Source: Ancylonema sp. (Eukaryota). Taken from it: DNA of 64,000 nt. The DNA lies in contig JBFLGF010000176.1 in the NCBI GenBank assembly GCA_050230475.1, forward strand, positions 1 to 64,000, read 5' to 3'. Each line of letters opens with the position of its first letter. The stretch's first letter is position 1. The notes below the pieces were generated by a model, which saw only the letters and a program-made list of their open reading frames with translations, did not search any database and had not been told where the DNA came from. The translations under genes were made by a program, and so were the position numbers. Shown piece by piece: positions 1 to 11,220 of the stretch.

Positions 1-188
1 TTAGTTGGTGTAATTCAGGCAACGACAGTTTGATAGTACTTTCGTATATCTCCAAATTTTGTCTACTCTTTCTTTTTCTTTGTCTCTGTCTCTGTCTGTG
101 TCTTTGTATCTTTGTTGACACACAATTATGGCAACGAAATTATCATCATGAAGTATCAACTGAAATATACAAATGCCCTTGTCTGCAG

Positions 189-1461
189 CTTTTCAACACG
201 AAGCTCATGATCGAGTGCGTTCCACCGTCCCGCTTCACGAAGAAAGACGGAGGAAAGAGAGTCCTCGAAGTCAACGCCTACGACACCACGGGCCGAGTGA
301 AGATCGAGATGTGGGAAGAGACAGCGGCTACTTTTGAGCGACTATTCGATGGTGCAAAAACCATGGCGCTTCGACTTTTTGCGGTCTCCTTCCCGGCTGG
401 GAAAGGCAGCATTCTTTTCGGGAACTACTCGGACGCGGTGATACTCGACAACACCAGAGACATCTACGCACTAAAGCGAAGCGCACCACCAGCAGGCATC
501 GTGTACTACGGCGTCGCTGAGTTCAGGTAAGCATAAAATAATGACTTCATTACAAGATGTCTAAATCTTGAGCAACTTTTTCCAACTACGTTGCTTGTTT
601 GTCATCATATCTGTTCGTTTGCTTGCATGTTCCAAGCATAATGTGTGAAATCTCAATGCCTTTTACCCTGTTCAAAAAACTTGTATAAATAGCAATCTTT
701 TCAAGGCCATTCGCTCTGTGCCCTGTACACAGTGTCCTGTACCCTGTGCTCAGAGTCCAGGATTTAGTGTAACCCTGTCCCTGTCCCTGTTTATTAATTA
801 TTCCGATCACTCTCATTTTCATTACTCTCTTATTCAAGCAGCTTCGATGCTATCGATGACACTTTAACCAAAATCGGGAACAGCGCGAGAGCCAAAGCTT
901 ACGTCATGTTGGAAAGGATCACAGAAACCGGGAACGTTACAGTCAACCACAAAGAAGAGACCGGTGCAAATGGAATATTTTCAGGAAAAGGTATCTACAT
1001 ATCAACTTCCTATCTTATTTTATGCTATCCTTACTTCAAATTCATCCTTTATCATTGCTTCCTATCATTTCTTTTTCGACTTCCACTTTTGAGAAAAAAA
1101 AAAAACATCATTAAATCTCATTCATTTCCTACACGATGTTTATCGATGTAAAAAATAAAACATTAAAAAAAGCAACATTGAATACCACACCCACAACAAC
1201 CCTAATCCCCGCATCTCAGTGTGCAGTATATTAGAGTCGTTCCATCGGATTCAACGAGGATACATCGATGCAGGTCCTGGAAACGACAACAACCTTGTGG
1301 AAAATGCTCACCGCGTCTGCGAAAGAGACGAAGATGGAAATAGCAAGAGGTGCCTACGAGTAGATTATGTACTATGGACGAAGAAACGAAAACGGAAAGA
1401 TTTACTACACCGTGTCGAAGTGTCGCCGCCTTTCCGAAGAAGAAAAAAATTCGCCCCCCTA
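189..1461 (+). pseudogene. RPA70-like OB-fold ssDNA-binding protein, spliced, 5'-incomplete, likely degenerate
   Basis: Exon 189-526 (CTGCAG| ... |GTAAG) encodes VLEVNAYDTTGRVKIEMWEETAATF, like the OB-fold D-x-TG-x-I-x-x-W-x-x-x-A motif. Exon ~842-990 follows. Exon ~1219-1461 reads SIGFNEDTSMQVLE...RNENGKIYYTVSKCRRL, resembling the RPA C-terminal OB fold, but has in-frame TAG stops. Confidence 0.6.
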
Positions 1462-2613
1462 AAAGATCATTGAGTGTTAGGGTTTTTCTTTTCCCCATTT
1501 AGTTCACATGACTTCATAAAATGGATTATGATCGTGACAAATATAAACGGGAAAAAAAAAAAACAAACGTTTATTCGTCAAATTCTCAAACAACTAACAT
1601 CAATTTACAAATATCATTTTTATTCATTAAATCGTTGTCTATTGTCTTGTACAGGACCGAGGCCAACGACCAACCGAGACCAATGAAGCGGAGGGATACA
1701 ATCCGAAGAGGGCCAAAATAGAAGATTTTGATTTGGATTGAACATGCATTACATAGTATAAGGACTTTTGTTTGCATATAATGTTTGCATTATAGAGTAG
1801 ACACAAGAAATTGTCATGCTACATATCGAAAAGACGCTTGGTGAAAGCATTACGTTGTAGACTCTAGACATGACTAGAAATTGTTGTATAACTTTAAAAA
1901 AATCAAATCAAAGACACGAAAAATATGTAGTGTATGAAAAAACAAGAAGAAAATTGTAAGATCCCAAATTTGCACGTGTGTACATTCAAATATTCGGATG
2001 ACTCGATTGCACATTACACTCGTATATATTTATTACAACACATATAAACCAATCAACCTACGGGGAAAAAAAAAAAGTACAAAAAAAAATGTATATAAAA
2101 ATGTTCCTCATAACCACCAAAATCATTATTTGTGATAACCGATGAACGAAAACTATTTTCCATATGATAGAAAATATGCAACCAATCATATTCGATAACC
2201 AAAATAAAAATCAAAGCTTAAATTACAAACTCTTTAAATAAAAAATAAATTGAAAATTTAACTTTAACCAAAATAAAAATCAAACTTGCATTAAGCGCAT
2301 GACTTTTTCAGGAAAAAAAAAAGAAAAAAAAACCTACGATACATATTTACTATTATGTATGTTTTTTTTTGGTGTGATAGTATCATAATATTGACTCATC
2401 ATATTATATGTTTTTTTTTTTTTTCTAACACTAATTACATTGACATATAAACGATGACATATATGTAAACATATATAAAGATGAACATATACATTAATTC
2501 TATTATTGATATTCAAAAACGAGCGAGTATGAACGCAAAAAACATCACACACCCGAACTCGTGACATACGATGCAAAAATAAATAACAATATATAATACA
2601 ATTCATATATATA

Positions 2614-2767
<154 letters not shown>

Positions 2768-2806
2768 CAATTATATTCATATACAATTCATATTCTAAAA
2801 GAATCG

Positions 2807-3031
2807 AGGCTCATGGCTCAAAACTCAGAGCTCATGGCTCAAGCTCAAAGCTCAGGCCCTGAGCCGGGCTCACAGGGCTTCGCGGTCTAATCTCCGAGTT
2901 AAACACTAGGCTCACAGGGCTCCTTGAGCTCGGAAGGATAATATTATTCCAGTCTTTGAGTACCGGGCTCAATGAGCCCAAATGTTGTGAGCTCCAGGCT
3001 CATTGAGCTGCAAACTCCCCACATTCTACTA
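2807..3031. mobile_element. hAT-like DNA transposon end (one terminus only)
   Basis: Dense GGCTC/GAGC(C/T) subterminal motifs ending in ...CCCCACATTCTACTA (TAG-type terminus), the same motif style as the element at 18541-19691. No partner end found in the window. Confidence 0.5.
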
Positions 3032-3492
3032 GCGACAGAGTCAACGTAAATAACTACAAAGCACTAATCACAATCAAGAGTACAAAACATACAGCACAGA
3101 GTACATGATATCACCACAGGCACACTAATATAATATAAAAAAATACAAAAAGAACAAGTAATAGGACAAAATACTCGAAAATAAGATATTGAACACATGG
3201 CACAAAATTTAATGCATAAAACAAAAGGTACAGATTTAACGATCCTCTTTTCGCACATCCAAAAGTATCGAAAACTAAATCAAAGCTCACTTGACCTCTT
3301 ATACAAAAGAGCGACTCGTCTGAACTTATCCTATTTTTTATACAACTCACTTGAGCTCACTTAAACTACAACAACGAATCAGCTAACGTATCAACTGAAT
3401 CTTACCCCAATAGAACATCTACAGATCTCGAAATTTAGCTATAAAAAACAATTAGTCTCTCCTCACATCGCAGCAATTCTTTCAACCTGTCA

Positions 3493-3949
3493 TCATTTCT
3501 TACTCCCACGAAGAGCAGAGTATGATGCCTTGTCCAGCATCAACTTCTGGAAGAGAGCCAAATGCTCTCCACGGTACTGCGGTTTTCCTTTTCCCACGGA
3601 GGAATCTTTCGCGTGAGCAGTGAGGTCCGAAAAACAATACCAGACTCTCTTTTCTGTGGAAAAAAAAAACCACGAGTAAGGAAAAATAGATACAAAAATT
3701 CGAAAACAAAAGAAAGCCACAGCAAAGAACACAAAAAGAATTAAAAACAAGAAAAAGCCGACAAAGCCGACATGAAGACTCACTTGAGCAAAATGCACAT
3801 TTGTAATCTTCATTGTCCAGGGTCGGGACACGAGATGGCAAATACGCCCTCATGTCGTTGAGCACATGATTCATGGCAGCTTGAGAGTGCTCATCAACAT
3901 CACTGTCGCGGCAGTCATCGTCAGAATCGAAATCAACGGCAGCAACCAT
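3493..3949 (-). CDS. Stand-alone zf-XS zinc-finger microprotein (108 aa, 2 exons: 3949-3784, 3653-3493)
   Basis: GTGAGT donor and poly-Y CACAG acceptor join in frame (phase 1) to give ...YKCAFCSKKRVWYCFSDLTAHAKDSSVGKGKPQYRGEHLALFQKL.... This is the C-x2-C...L-x2-HA...HLAL pattern of the SGS3/IDN2 zf-XS domain, with an acidic N-terminus. Confidence 0.75.
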
Positions 3950-4269
3950 AAAATTGATTAAAAGAATACAGAGAAAACGAAAGAAAATATATTATTCGAA
4001 CGCTCTATGCTAAGGAAATGCAACTCTGCAGCCACATGCAAACTAAGATCAAAATATGAAGATTTCTACCTGGTACATCTCAATAAAAGGCTGCGATCCT
4101 CGAGTTAACAAACAAAACACGTGCCAAAAATAACCACGAATATAGTGTATCAGCGTACGATGATAAATACGAGATCGATGACATGTCAAGAATCAAAACA
4201 TACACGTTAACAAAAACATATCGGCCCCAAAGAATATAACCGGACGGTCCCGATAATATTAGAAAATCA

Positions 4270-4520
4270 ATCATGAGTCAAAGCTTTCGGCCCACATGTC
4301 AACGACCACACAACACAGGTGAAATAGACGACACGTTACATCATGCCACGTACGCGACACTTACTAATTAAAACTTCGACAAAACGAGAAATATATTAAA
4401 AAATAAACCCAAGTATAAATACGGAACAACAAAGTCAATATCGAAATATCACCGATGCGTCAAATGCTTTCGGCCCGCAAATCAACGACCACACAACACG
4501 CACGCGACACGCAAAAATCA
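4270..4520 (+). repeat. Diverged ~180-bp direct repeat pair
   Basis: GCTTTCGGCCC-x5-TCAACGACCACACAACAC at ~4284 and ~4466, each followed by a CGCGACAC motif. Confidence 0.75.
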
Positions 4521-4721
4521 AAACTCCGACATTCTTGGAAAATACCATACATAAATAGAGACCAACAACGTCAATATTAAACATCATAAACACAATCAAT
4601 TCGTCACAAAAAGAAAAACTCCATCATAAAAAAACACGCGTAACGAGGCGACGCGACATTATTTTTAAATAGATAGTACCAATATCAAACACGTCGACCA
4701 ACACAAACAACATCGAACACC

Positions 4722-5470
4722 ATGACAACGAAATTAGTCCGTCAACAAATTCCAGGCACATAATCACATCACCGAAAACACATTAAACGAAAGAATATTC
4801 AGCCGACACACAAAAAGGATAGAAGGAGGAATCGATTGATAGTGTTACAATCCGCAATGAATCACATTGAAGGCGATAACGGAAATATCCAAGACACAAT
4901 AGTATCGCATTTGCTCCACGAACTCAACACGCAACAAAATAAACAAGAACGACAGAAACTCAGTGCACGAAGAATAAAAAACGGATTCTCAGACATAGAA
5001 AACGAACTTTACGGCAGAGAACTCACATTCGATAGAGGCGTTTGGGGCTATTGGAAGAGGGAGGGATCACAATTCGTGTGGGTAGATAGATGCCTCCGAA
5101 AGTGAGATCAGCGGTTGGAAAAGAAAATGGAAAAGGATCACAAAAGAAATACCATCAATTTCTGGTGTAGAAGTTCACACAACCGTTGAAAACATGATCA
5201 AAGACCTGAAGAAGCTTTGGGACGAGACAGAGGCGTCAGAATTCGAACTTTGGAAAGAGAAACAATTCAAAATAATACAAGGCACATATGTGGAGACAAA
5301 TATCGTGGAGGATGTCACCAAAATGAACAACACTCGGAGACGCGAAGTGGAGTTGCGAATTCTCAACATGACCATTGCCGAGTACCAACATTAGTAGCGA
5401 ATTGATAAAGAAGAAAAACGGAACTTGGAGCTTCAATCAGTAACAAGTGCTAGTATGCAGATCATCTGAA
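4722..5470 (+). pseudogene. Frameshifted ORF of unknown family (putative Helitron cargo)
   Basis: Consecutive coding-like segments in different frames (4836-5105 with GVWGYWKREGSQFVW; 5194-5394 helical and charged) without clear splice signals. Confidence 0.4.
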
Positions 5471-5696
5471 CTCTATTTGAACCAGATGTCCACCACATCA
5501 GTTTTTAGCGACTATATTTGGCTAATAAAGATAGATTTGACAATTTCGAGGTTTATAAAAATTAGAACATGTGGTCATGTATTTAGCCTATAAAGCGTTG
5601 TAGCATTTTTGCGATTTCAAAAATTGAGTCAAATATTCCATGAGTTTCAAGCTAAACAATGTTTACTAGTTTAACAATTACGATATATATATATAC

Positions 5697-5733
<37 letters not shown>

Positions 5734-6702
5734 AACAACAATCAAACACACACACAAAAATTAATGTCTTTAACCGTAATACATACAATAAAAACAAACA
5801 AAAAAAAAAAAAAAAAAAAAAAAAAGCAAACTTTATCACCCATAAATATTACTCATTTTATTACATAAAAAATCCGCCGCAAAAAAAAAAAAAAAAAAAA
5901 AAACGTTATAACGAAATAAATAAATTAAACACGCCTTTACAAGCTATTCCACATACAAAACCCCGAAGACCTAAGTCATGCGGCAAAGCCGGATCTTGTT
6001 TGATATCATAAATTTTGATGTCATAAAATATCAATTTAAACAAGTATATGAAATGAAATCTAGGTTGGCGTTGTATCGGACGGAGGGCGACTGTCTTGAC
6101 CGAAACGAGTTCCTTCGCCGAAAGTTGTGTGAAGGGCGCTGCTGCAATCATCAGTGAAGTGCGTTTATCACGGCTTCAGGATTCTGCCTTTCTGACTTCA
6201 GGTCCTTGTGTACGAAAGAGCATAACTACAGGATACGATGGGATGTACGCCGCTGCTCTCACGGTTAGCCTTCATAGTAAACCAAGTATGCTACTCAATA
6301 TCATACAGATCGTAATATTTGTGCTCTCTTTCCTGTGGTGAGTCCGTCCGGTATTTGGAATTTCGTATTATCTTCAGCCGAACCTAAAGCAGCTGAATTT
6401 TCGTGTAGTTTTGGGGAACTGGGTGAAGACGATACATTCGTCTTTACAATCAGCAGTCTTGCAGAAAATTGTCCGTGCGTTTCTCCATGGTCCAAGACAA
6501 GATCTCAGGTGCTGGGAGTGGTATGAGTAAAGCTTCATGCCAATTATTGATTTGCCTCTGCGCACTCGCAAAATAAGTAACCAAACATATGAATCGCTAT
6601 GTGAGCCAGACCCTCCCTGTGTACAGGCGCAATACTGCGGCCTTCTCATACGTCTGTAGCAGCAGGAGCTGTGCAGGTGGTGTTTAAAAGTCTCACCGAC
6701 CA

Positions 6703-7506
6703 ATGAGCACGTTGTTTGAATGCTCAAAATGCGGATTGCAAGCTCCTTATGATTACTTTGGAAGATCTCCTCCATATGCAGTCAACCTCGTGTAAGCCTC
6801 TCACTACGACACAATTTTGTGACTTCGTTAATTATGTCGACTCATAATGCGACCAACATATGAAGAGCTGTCCAATTTGAGTGTGTTGAACAAAACCGTG
6901 TTACCTATTTCATTTGTGTACACTTAGTGTCATCGTTAAGTTGTGAAGAATTATGGGTGGGCTGGAATCTTTCACTCGGTATATATTATGTATTATATTA
7001 ATACGTAATATAATAACATTTATAATTCTTTCTTAGCACTATTATAGCATGTTCCACTCGGGATACGAGGTCAAGTTTTGGCATGTTTTAATTGTGGGAA
7101 ACACTTGGTGTGGGAAAGATGAATATGTTACATTGTAATGTTGGGCCATGGTGTATCGTTTGTGGAGCTCTAGACGGTCCTTCGGAGATTCGAAGATGTG
7201 AAGTCACTTTTTTGTTTTTTGGAAGGTTGGAATCACGAATGGCGAAAGTTCACATATTGAGTGCTCATATTGGATCGCAGATTCTTGGAAGATGCTTTCG
7301 TTTCCCAAGATCCATTTTCCGCGAAGTCGAGACCATTGGTGTTGGGGGGCCGTTGTTCCGTGTGCGCAGCCCTTGTTTGCCCTGCCCCTTCATGTAGCAT
7401 GTTCTATGCAAAGAGGTTTTGTAAGCCTTGCGCATCTGCAAGTGTGTTGGCCTTTCCTCTAGACATGCAAGAAGAGATTCTAGGCAGCAAACCGGAGGGA
7501 AAATAA
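6703..7506 (+). CDS. CDPF1: Cysteine-rich DPF motif protein (C6_DPF), 104 aa, exons 6703-6791 and 7281-7506
   Basis: MSTLFECSKCGLQAPYDYFGRSPP... spliced (GTAAG...GCAG, phase 2) to FLEDAFVSQDPF...VLGGRCSVCAALVCPAPSCSMFYAKRFCKPC...AFP. The DPF motif and Cys spacing match CDPF1. Confidence 0.92.
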
Positions 7507-8482
7507 CTGTTTGAATGTGTTGCTTGTCATGTTGTTGACACTGTTAGTGTCCATGGCTTCAGCTTATGTTGTGATGTTGTAGATGTAATCTTGTCACAAA
7601 ACTTCGATTGTGACGCAAGCGTTGGACTCCACCCCTTCATGCGAAGAGGGGAGATAAAATCAAAAATCCTTCAATTGTTTTCGTTTAATTTTGTATTTCT
7701 TTATTCCCTTTTTTATCGATTACAATCTTTGCATTGCAGTTCACCAAACTATTATTATTGTGATGAAAAGGCAGCGTGCAATACTTTTTTAATAGTAACA
7801 TTGGTGTTTCTCATTCTGGTGGCAACATTACATGATTACTCTCAAGTGTACACCGCACAAGTCAGTGATAAGAATCTCCTCAAAATCATTCATAGTAAAT
7901 CCGATCATCATAGTCACTTAAGAGACTCCCACATACATGTAGTTCAAACTTTGACCAGAAATTTGATTTTATCACTTTATCACATGCGTATCAAGTTACA
8001 AGATCACTACCGAATACATTTATTCGGCCGCTCGGGGATTTCTCGTTTGGATCACCAAGATAGCGATATTTTCTCAAAATTCCGGATCATCATCTGAAGC
8101 CCGTGTGGACGCGAGGTGTGCGACTCTTATATAATTGTGAAGGATTTCAGGAGCTTAACGCAAATGTGTGTACGTGCAATCTCAATATCCCACATGTACG
8201 AGCATATGCACACCTGCAGATGTGCATATGTGCACGAGCGTATACACGTACGTGTACAAAGACACGTACGAGGTACATTTGTATAATGATAGTTATGACC
8301 ATACATTGCACGATAAAGACGTACACACATAAAATTTGTATTGTACATTGTCATGTGAGAAACTCATTGCTTCTCCCCTGTAACCCCATCCAAGGCTTTG
8401 TGTGAAAAGGGACAAGACCAAACAACAAATGATGATTTGGTTAAGATTTTCACTATCATAAGGTTCATTGGTCCGGGACCAA

Positions 8483-9345
8483 TGCACAATACGCAGAACG
8501 CCATCAATACGCTGGTGTAACAATACGCCGTATTTCGCGGATTCAAAATTTCCGCGATTTGAAAATACGCGTATTGTCAAGAAATATACGTTTGTTCACG
8601 GTTTTAGACCCCACACATATCCGGAAGTAGGATGGTAACATTGGTTTCCTATCCTAAATGAAATTGGCCATCAAATACGGAGGCATTTATCCATGAACTA
8701 CATGATAGGCGCATGTTCTACCGATAGATGTGCAATTGTTCCATTCACTTTGTTCGTTCGAGGGTGGGGCTTTCATTGATAGACCCACTCTTGTCATCTT
8801 CTCTTCTCTAAATTTCATGTCATTTGCACGCGTTACTCCGTTTCCGTCTTTACTCCGTTTCCGTTTCTACCAGCTCCCAGAAAGGCTCGATTGGGGCTTC
8901 CGTTTTTACTTGAATAGCGTAATAAAAAAGAGGAATGCTAGAATCCAAAAACGAACGCAATACTTCAATCCAAGAAACAATTACTTTGTAAAAATGATTA
9001 CATGCATCCTACATTTAGTTCTACTAATACTTGTAGTGCTCCGACTCCTACCTTGAACTTGGACGGTCGGATGAGGTTTACTAGCGAGAATGTAGATGAT
9101 TTTTGCCGTGCAATGTAGTATCGAACAAATTTCAGTTTCGCTATTTCACTTTCAAACGACGTGGACCTCGCTATGTCGTTTGCCTCCGAAAAATCATTCA
9201 TACTTGCAATGTCGTATCACAAAATAACAGAAGTTCAAAATTTAGCGTATTATCAAGCGTATGTTAGCGTATTAATACGCCGGGAGCACAATGCGCGTAT
9301 TTAGCGTATGATAACTCAGCGTATTGTGCGTATAGTGCAACCCTG
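8483..9345. mobile_element. Non-autonomous hAT element family A, copy 1 (left TIR damaged)
   Basis: Right TIR GTGCAACCCTG followed by TTGGTCCC; AATACGC subterminal repeats; reverse-complement homology over its length to 17515-18380. Confidence 0.85.
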
Positions 9346-10511
9346 TTGGTCCCCATACATACGGTGCAAGCAATGAATAGGTAATTGCCTTGTTTTGCAA
9401 AAAAAAATGGCGGCCATGGTTAGGTGGATATAGTGGTACTCAAGTTCGATGCCTTGGTGAAGAGGAGAGGTCACTCCACGATCGGTGTACGGGAGGTAAA
9501 TTCCATGATAGCGTCCATGTGTGACAACGTCACGGTATGATGTATTTTGTCAAGCTAGTCTTGCGAGTTTTTTCGGTGCCCTTCGCATTAAGTGGCACAT
9601 GAGGAATCGCGGAATGCGGCGTCGCATACGTGCACCTCGTGCTTTCTCCCAATCCGATATAGGCATGAAAGTGAGACACATTTCTCTATTTATAGCCCTC
9701 CTTGTCTTGGCCTACCCAGATACACTCATCCGAGTCTACCCTCGAACATCCTACTCTCATAATAAGTCATGCTAGCGGCGAGATCACAAGGTGTGTCCAC
9801 CTCGCTAGAATCTATCCGAATATTCCTAGGATGAACGTAGACTACCTACTGGTCTTCTCCGGCTTGGTATGTCTGTGTCGAGGCGGTGACTATCCGGCCC
9901 TACACGCAAAAGTGATTGTGTCGTGCCCTCGACGAGTACACTAGTTTTTTTTGTTACACATCGTTGCGTTGTTACGCTATCTACCACGTCATACTCGAGT
10001 AGGTTAGCGTGTACAGCGCAAGTGGACAAATTTTGTCATGTCCTCCATCCCTTGGGGTCGTGGAGGGAAGATACAATTGAGCACACTCTTTCCGAAACGG
10101 TGGTCGGGACCCGATCCGAGTTTACTTGGTGGCCCTATCGGTGGAATTGGGTTTGATTAATACGATGTGGAAGTTAAATAAAAAGTCACATTGCCGTGCA
10201 TTAAAGGCAAAGGCTGTGTCGTTCGCGCTTAAGACAAAGCTCTTCCGGTGACGAGTGATCAGTTGCATTTCAACGATCCTTAGCTCATGTTGTGCATGCT
10301 AGAGCAGGGTTCGTTCTTGTTCCCACCCCCACCCTCGCGGCTGTCGCTCTCGTCCGAAGATTGACGCTTTGTTGGTAGGCTTCGTAAGGGACTCGTTTTG
10401 CTTTAATCGTCCCCAATTTCTCTCTTTTGGTATACTCTAATTTACTCTAGTATTTAGTTCTCATGTGGTGAGATGGGGTATCCGACCTGCCTCAAAGTTT
10501 TTTGAATATAG

Positions 10512-10864
10512 AAGAGTTGGCCCCGCACTTTGCGGAGTGCGTTGCGGGTCCGCACCGTTGCGTGAATCGGTGCCGGTTTTCCATGCAGAGTTAAAAGCCT
10601 CAATTACGTGAAGGGAAATTGGTATAGAATCTAAGTTATGATTATATTATTGTTTTTTTTTTCTCTTTTAACTATTAACGTAAGATACACGGATTTGGGT
10701 ACAAATATAAATATGCATATGTAGAAATATGCATGTGTTCCATGTTTTTGTGCGTTTTAAATCAAGCGTTCCGTTGGGGATAACTTTCCGCACGAGACGA
10801 AGAGCGGCGCGGGCCTGCGCGATGCGGGAAGCGGCGTGGGGTTTGCAGTGCGGGGCCAACGAAG
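10512..10864. mobile_element. MITE, hAT-like (related to family B)
   Basis: Inverted termini GTTGGCCCCGCACT (10516-10529) and AGTGCGGGGCCAAC (10847-10860); GC-rich subtermini around an AT-rich core. Confidence 0.65.
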
Positions 10865-11220
10865 ATCTCCACCGGGTGTCCACCCGTCCGGGTGCTCGAA
10901 CCCGGCGGACCATTTTACCGATTCAAAAATCAAGACAACTCACAACAAAATATCATTTCAGACAGGTTTTCCTCGAACCGCGTGTCGAAGCTGGAGCAAT
11001 CGAACAGCCACCACGGATTTCGAACCAAGCTTCCGTCTGGCTCCTACTCGGAGACCACCCTCGCACATGTCAGACTCACCGGTCAAGCCCTCCCTCACCT
11101 CTTGGTCGTCACCGTATCGGATGCTCATCCGGAGATTTTACTTGCATGTGCAATCGTTGCTTGTGCTTCTTTGATTCTACGAGATTCTAGTTAGCTGGTT
11201 GTGTCTACGCGAGCTCTCTG

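Noticed and set aside
5659..5903. Poly-A tracts as a retroposon tail or poly-Lys ORF
   Set aside because: Several separate A runs with no TSD or LINE ORF; low complexity.
6060..6690. Short ORFs on both strands upstream of CDPF1
   Set aside because: No recognisable motif or consistent splice model could be built.
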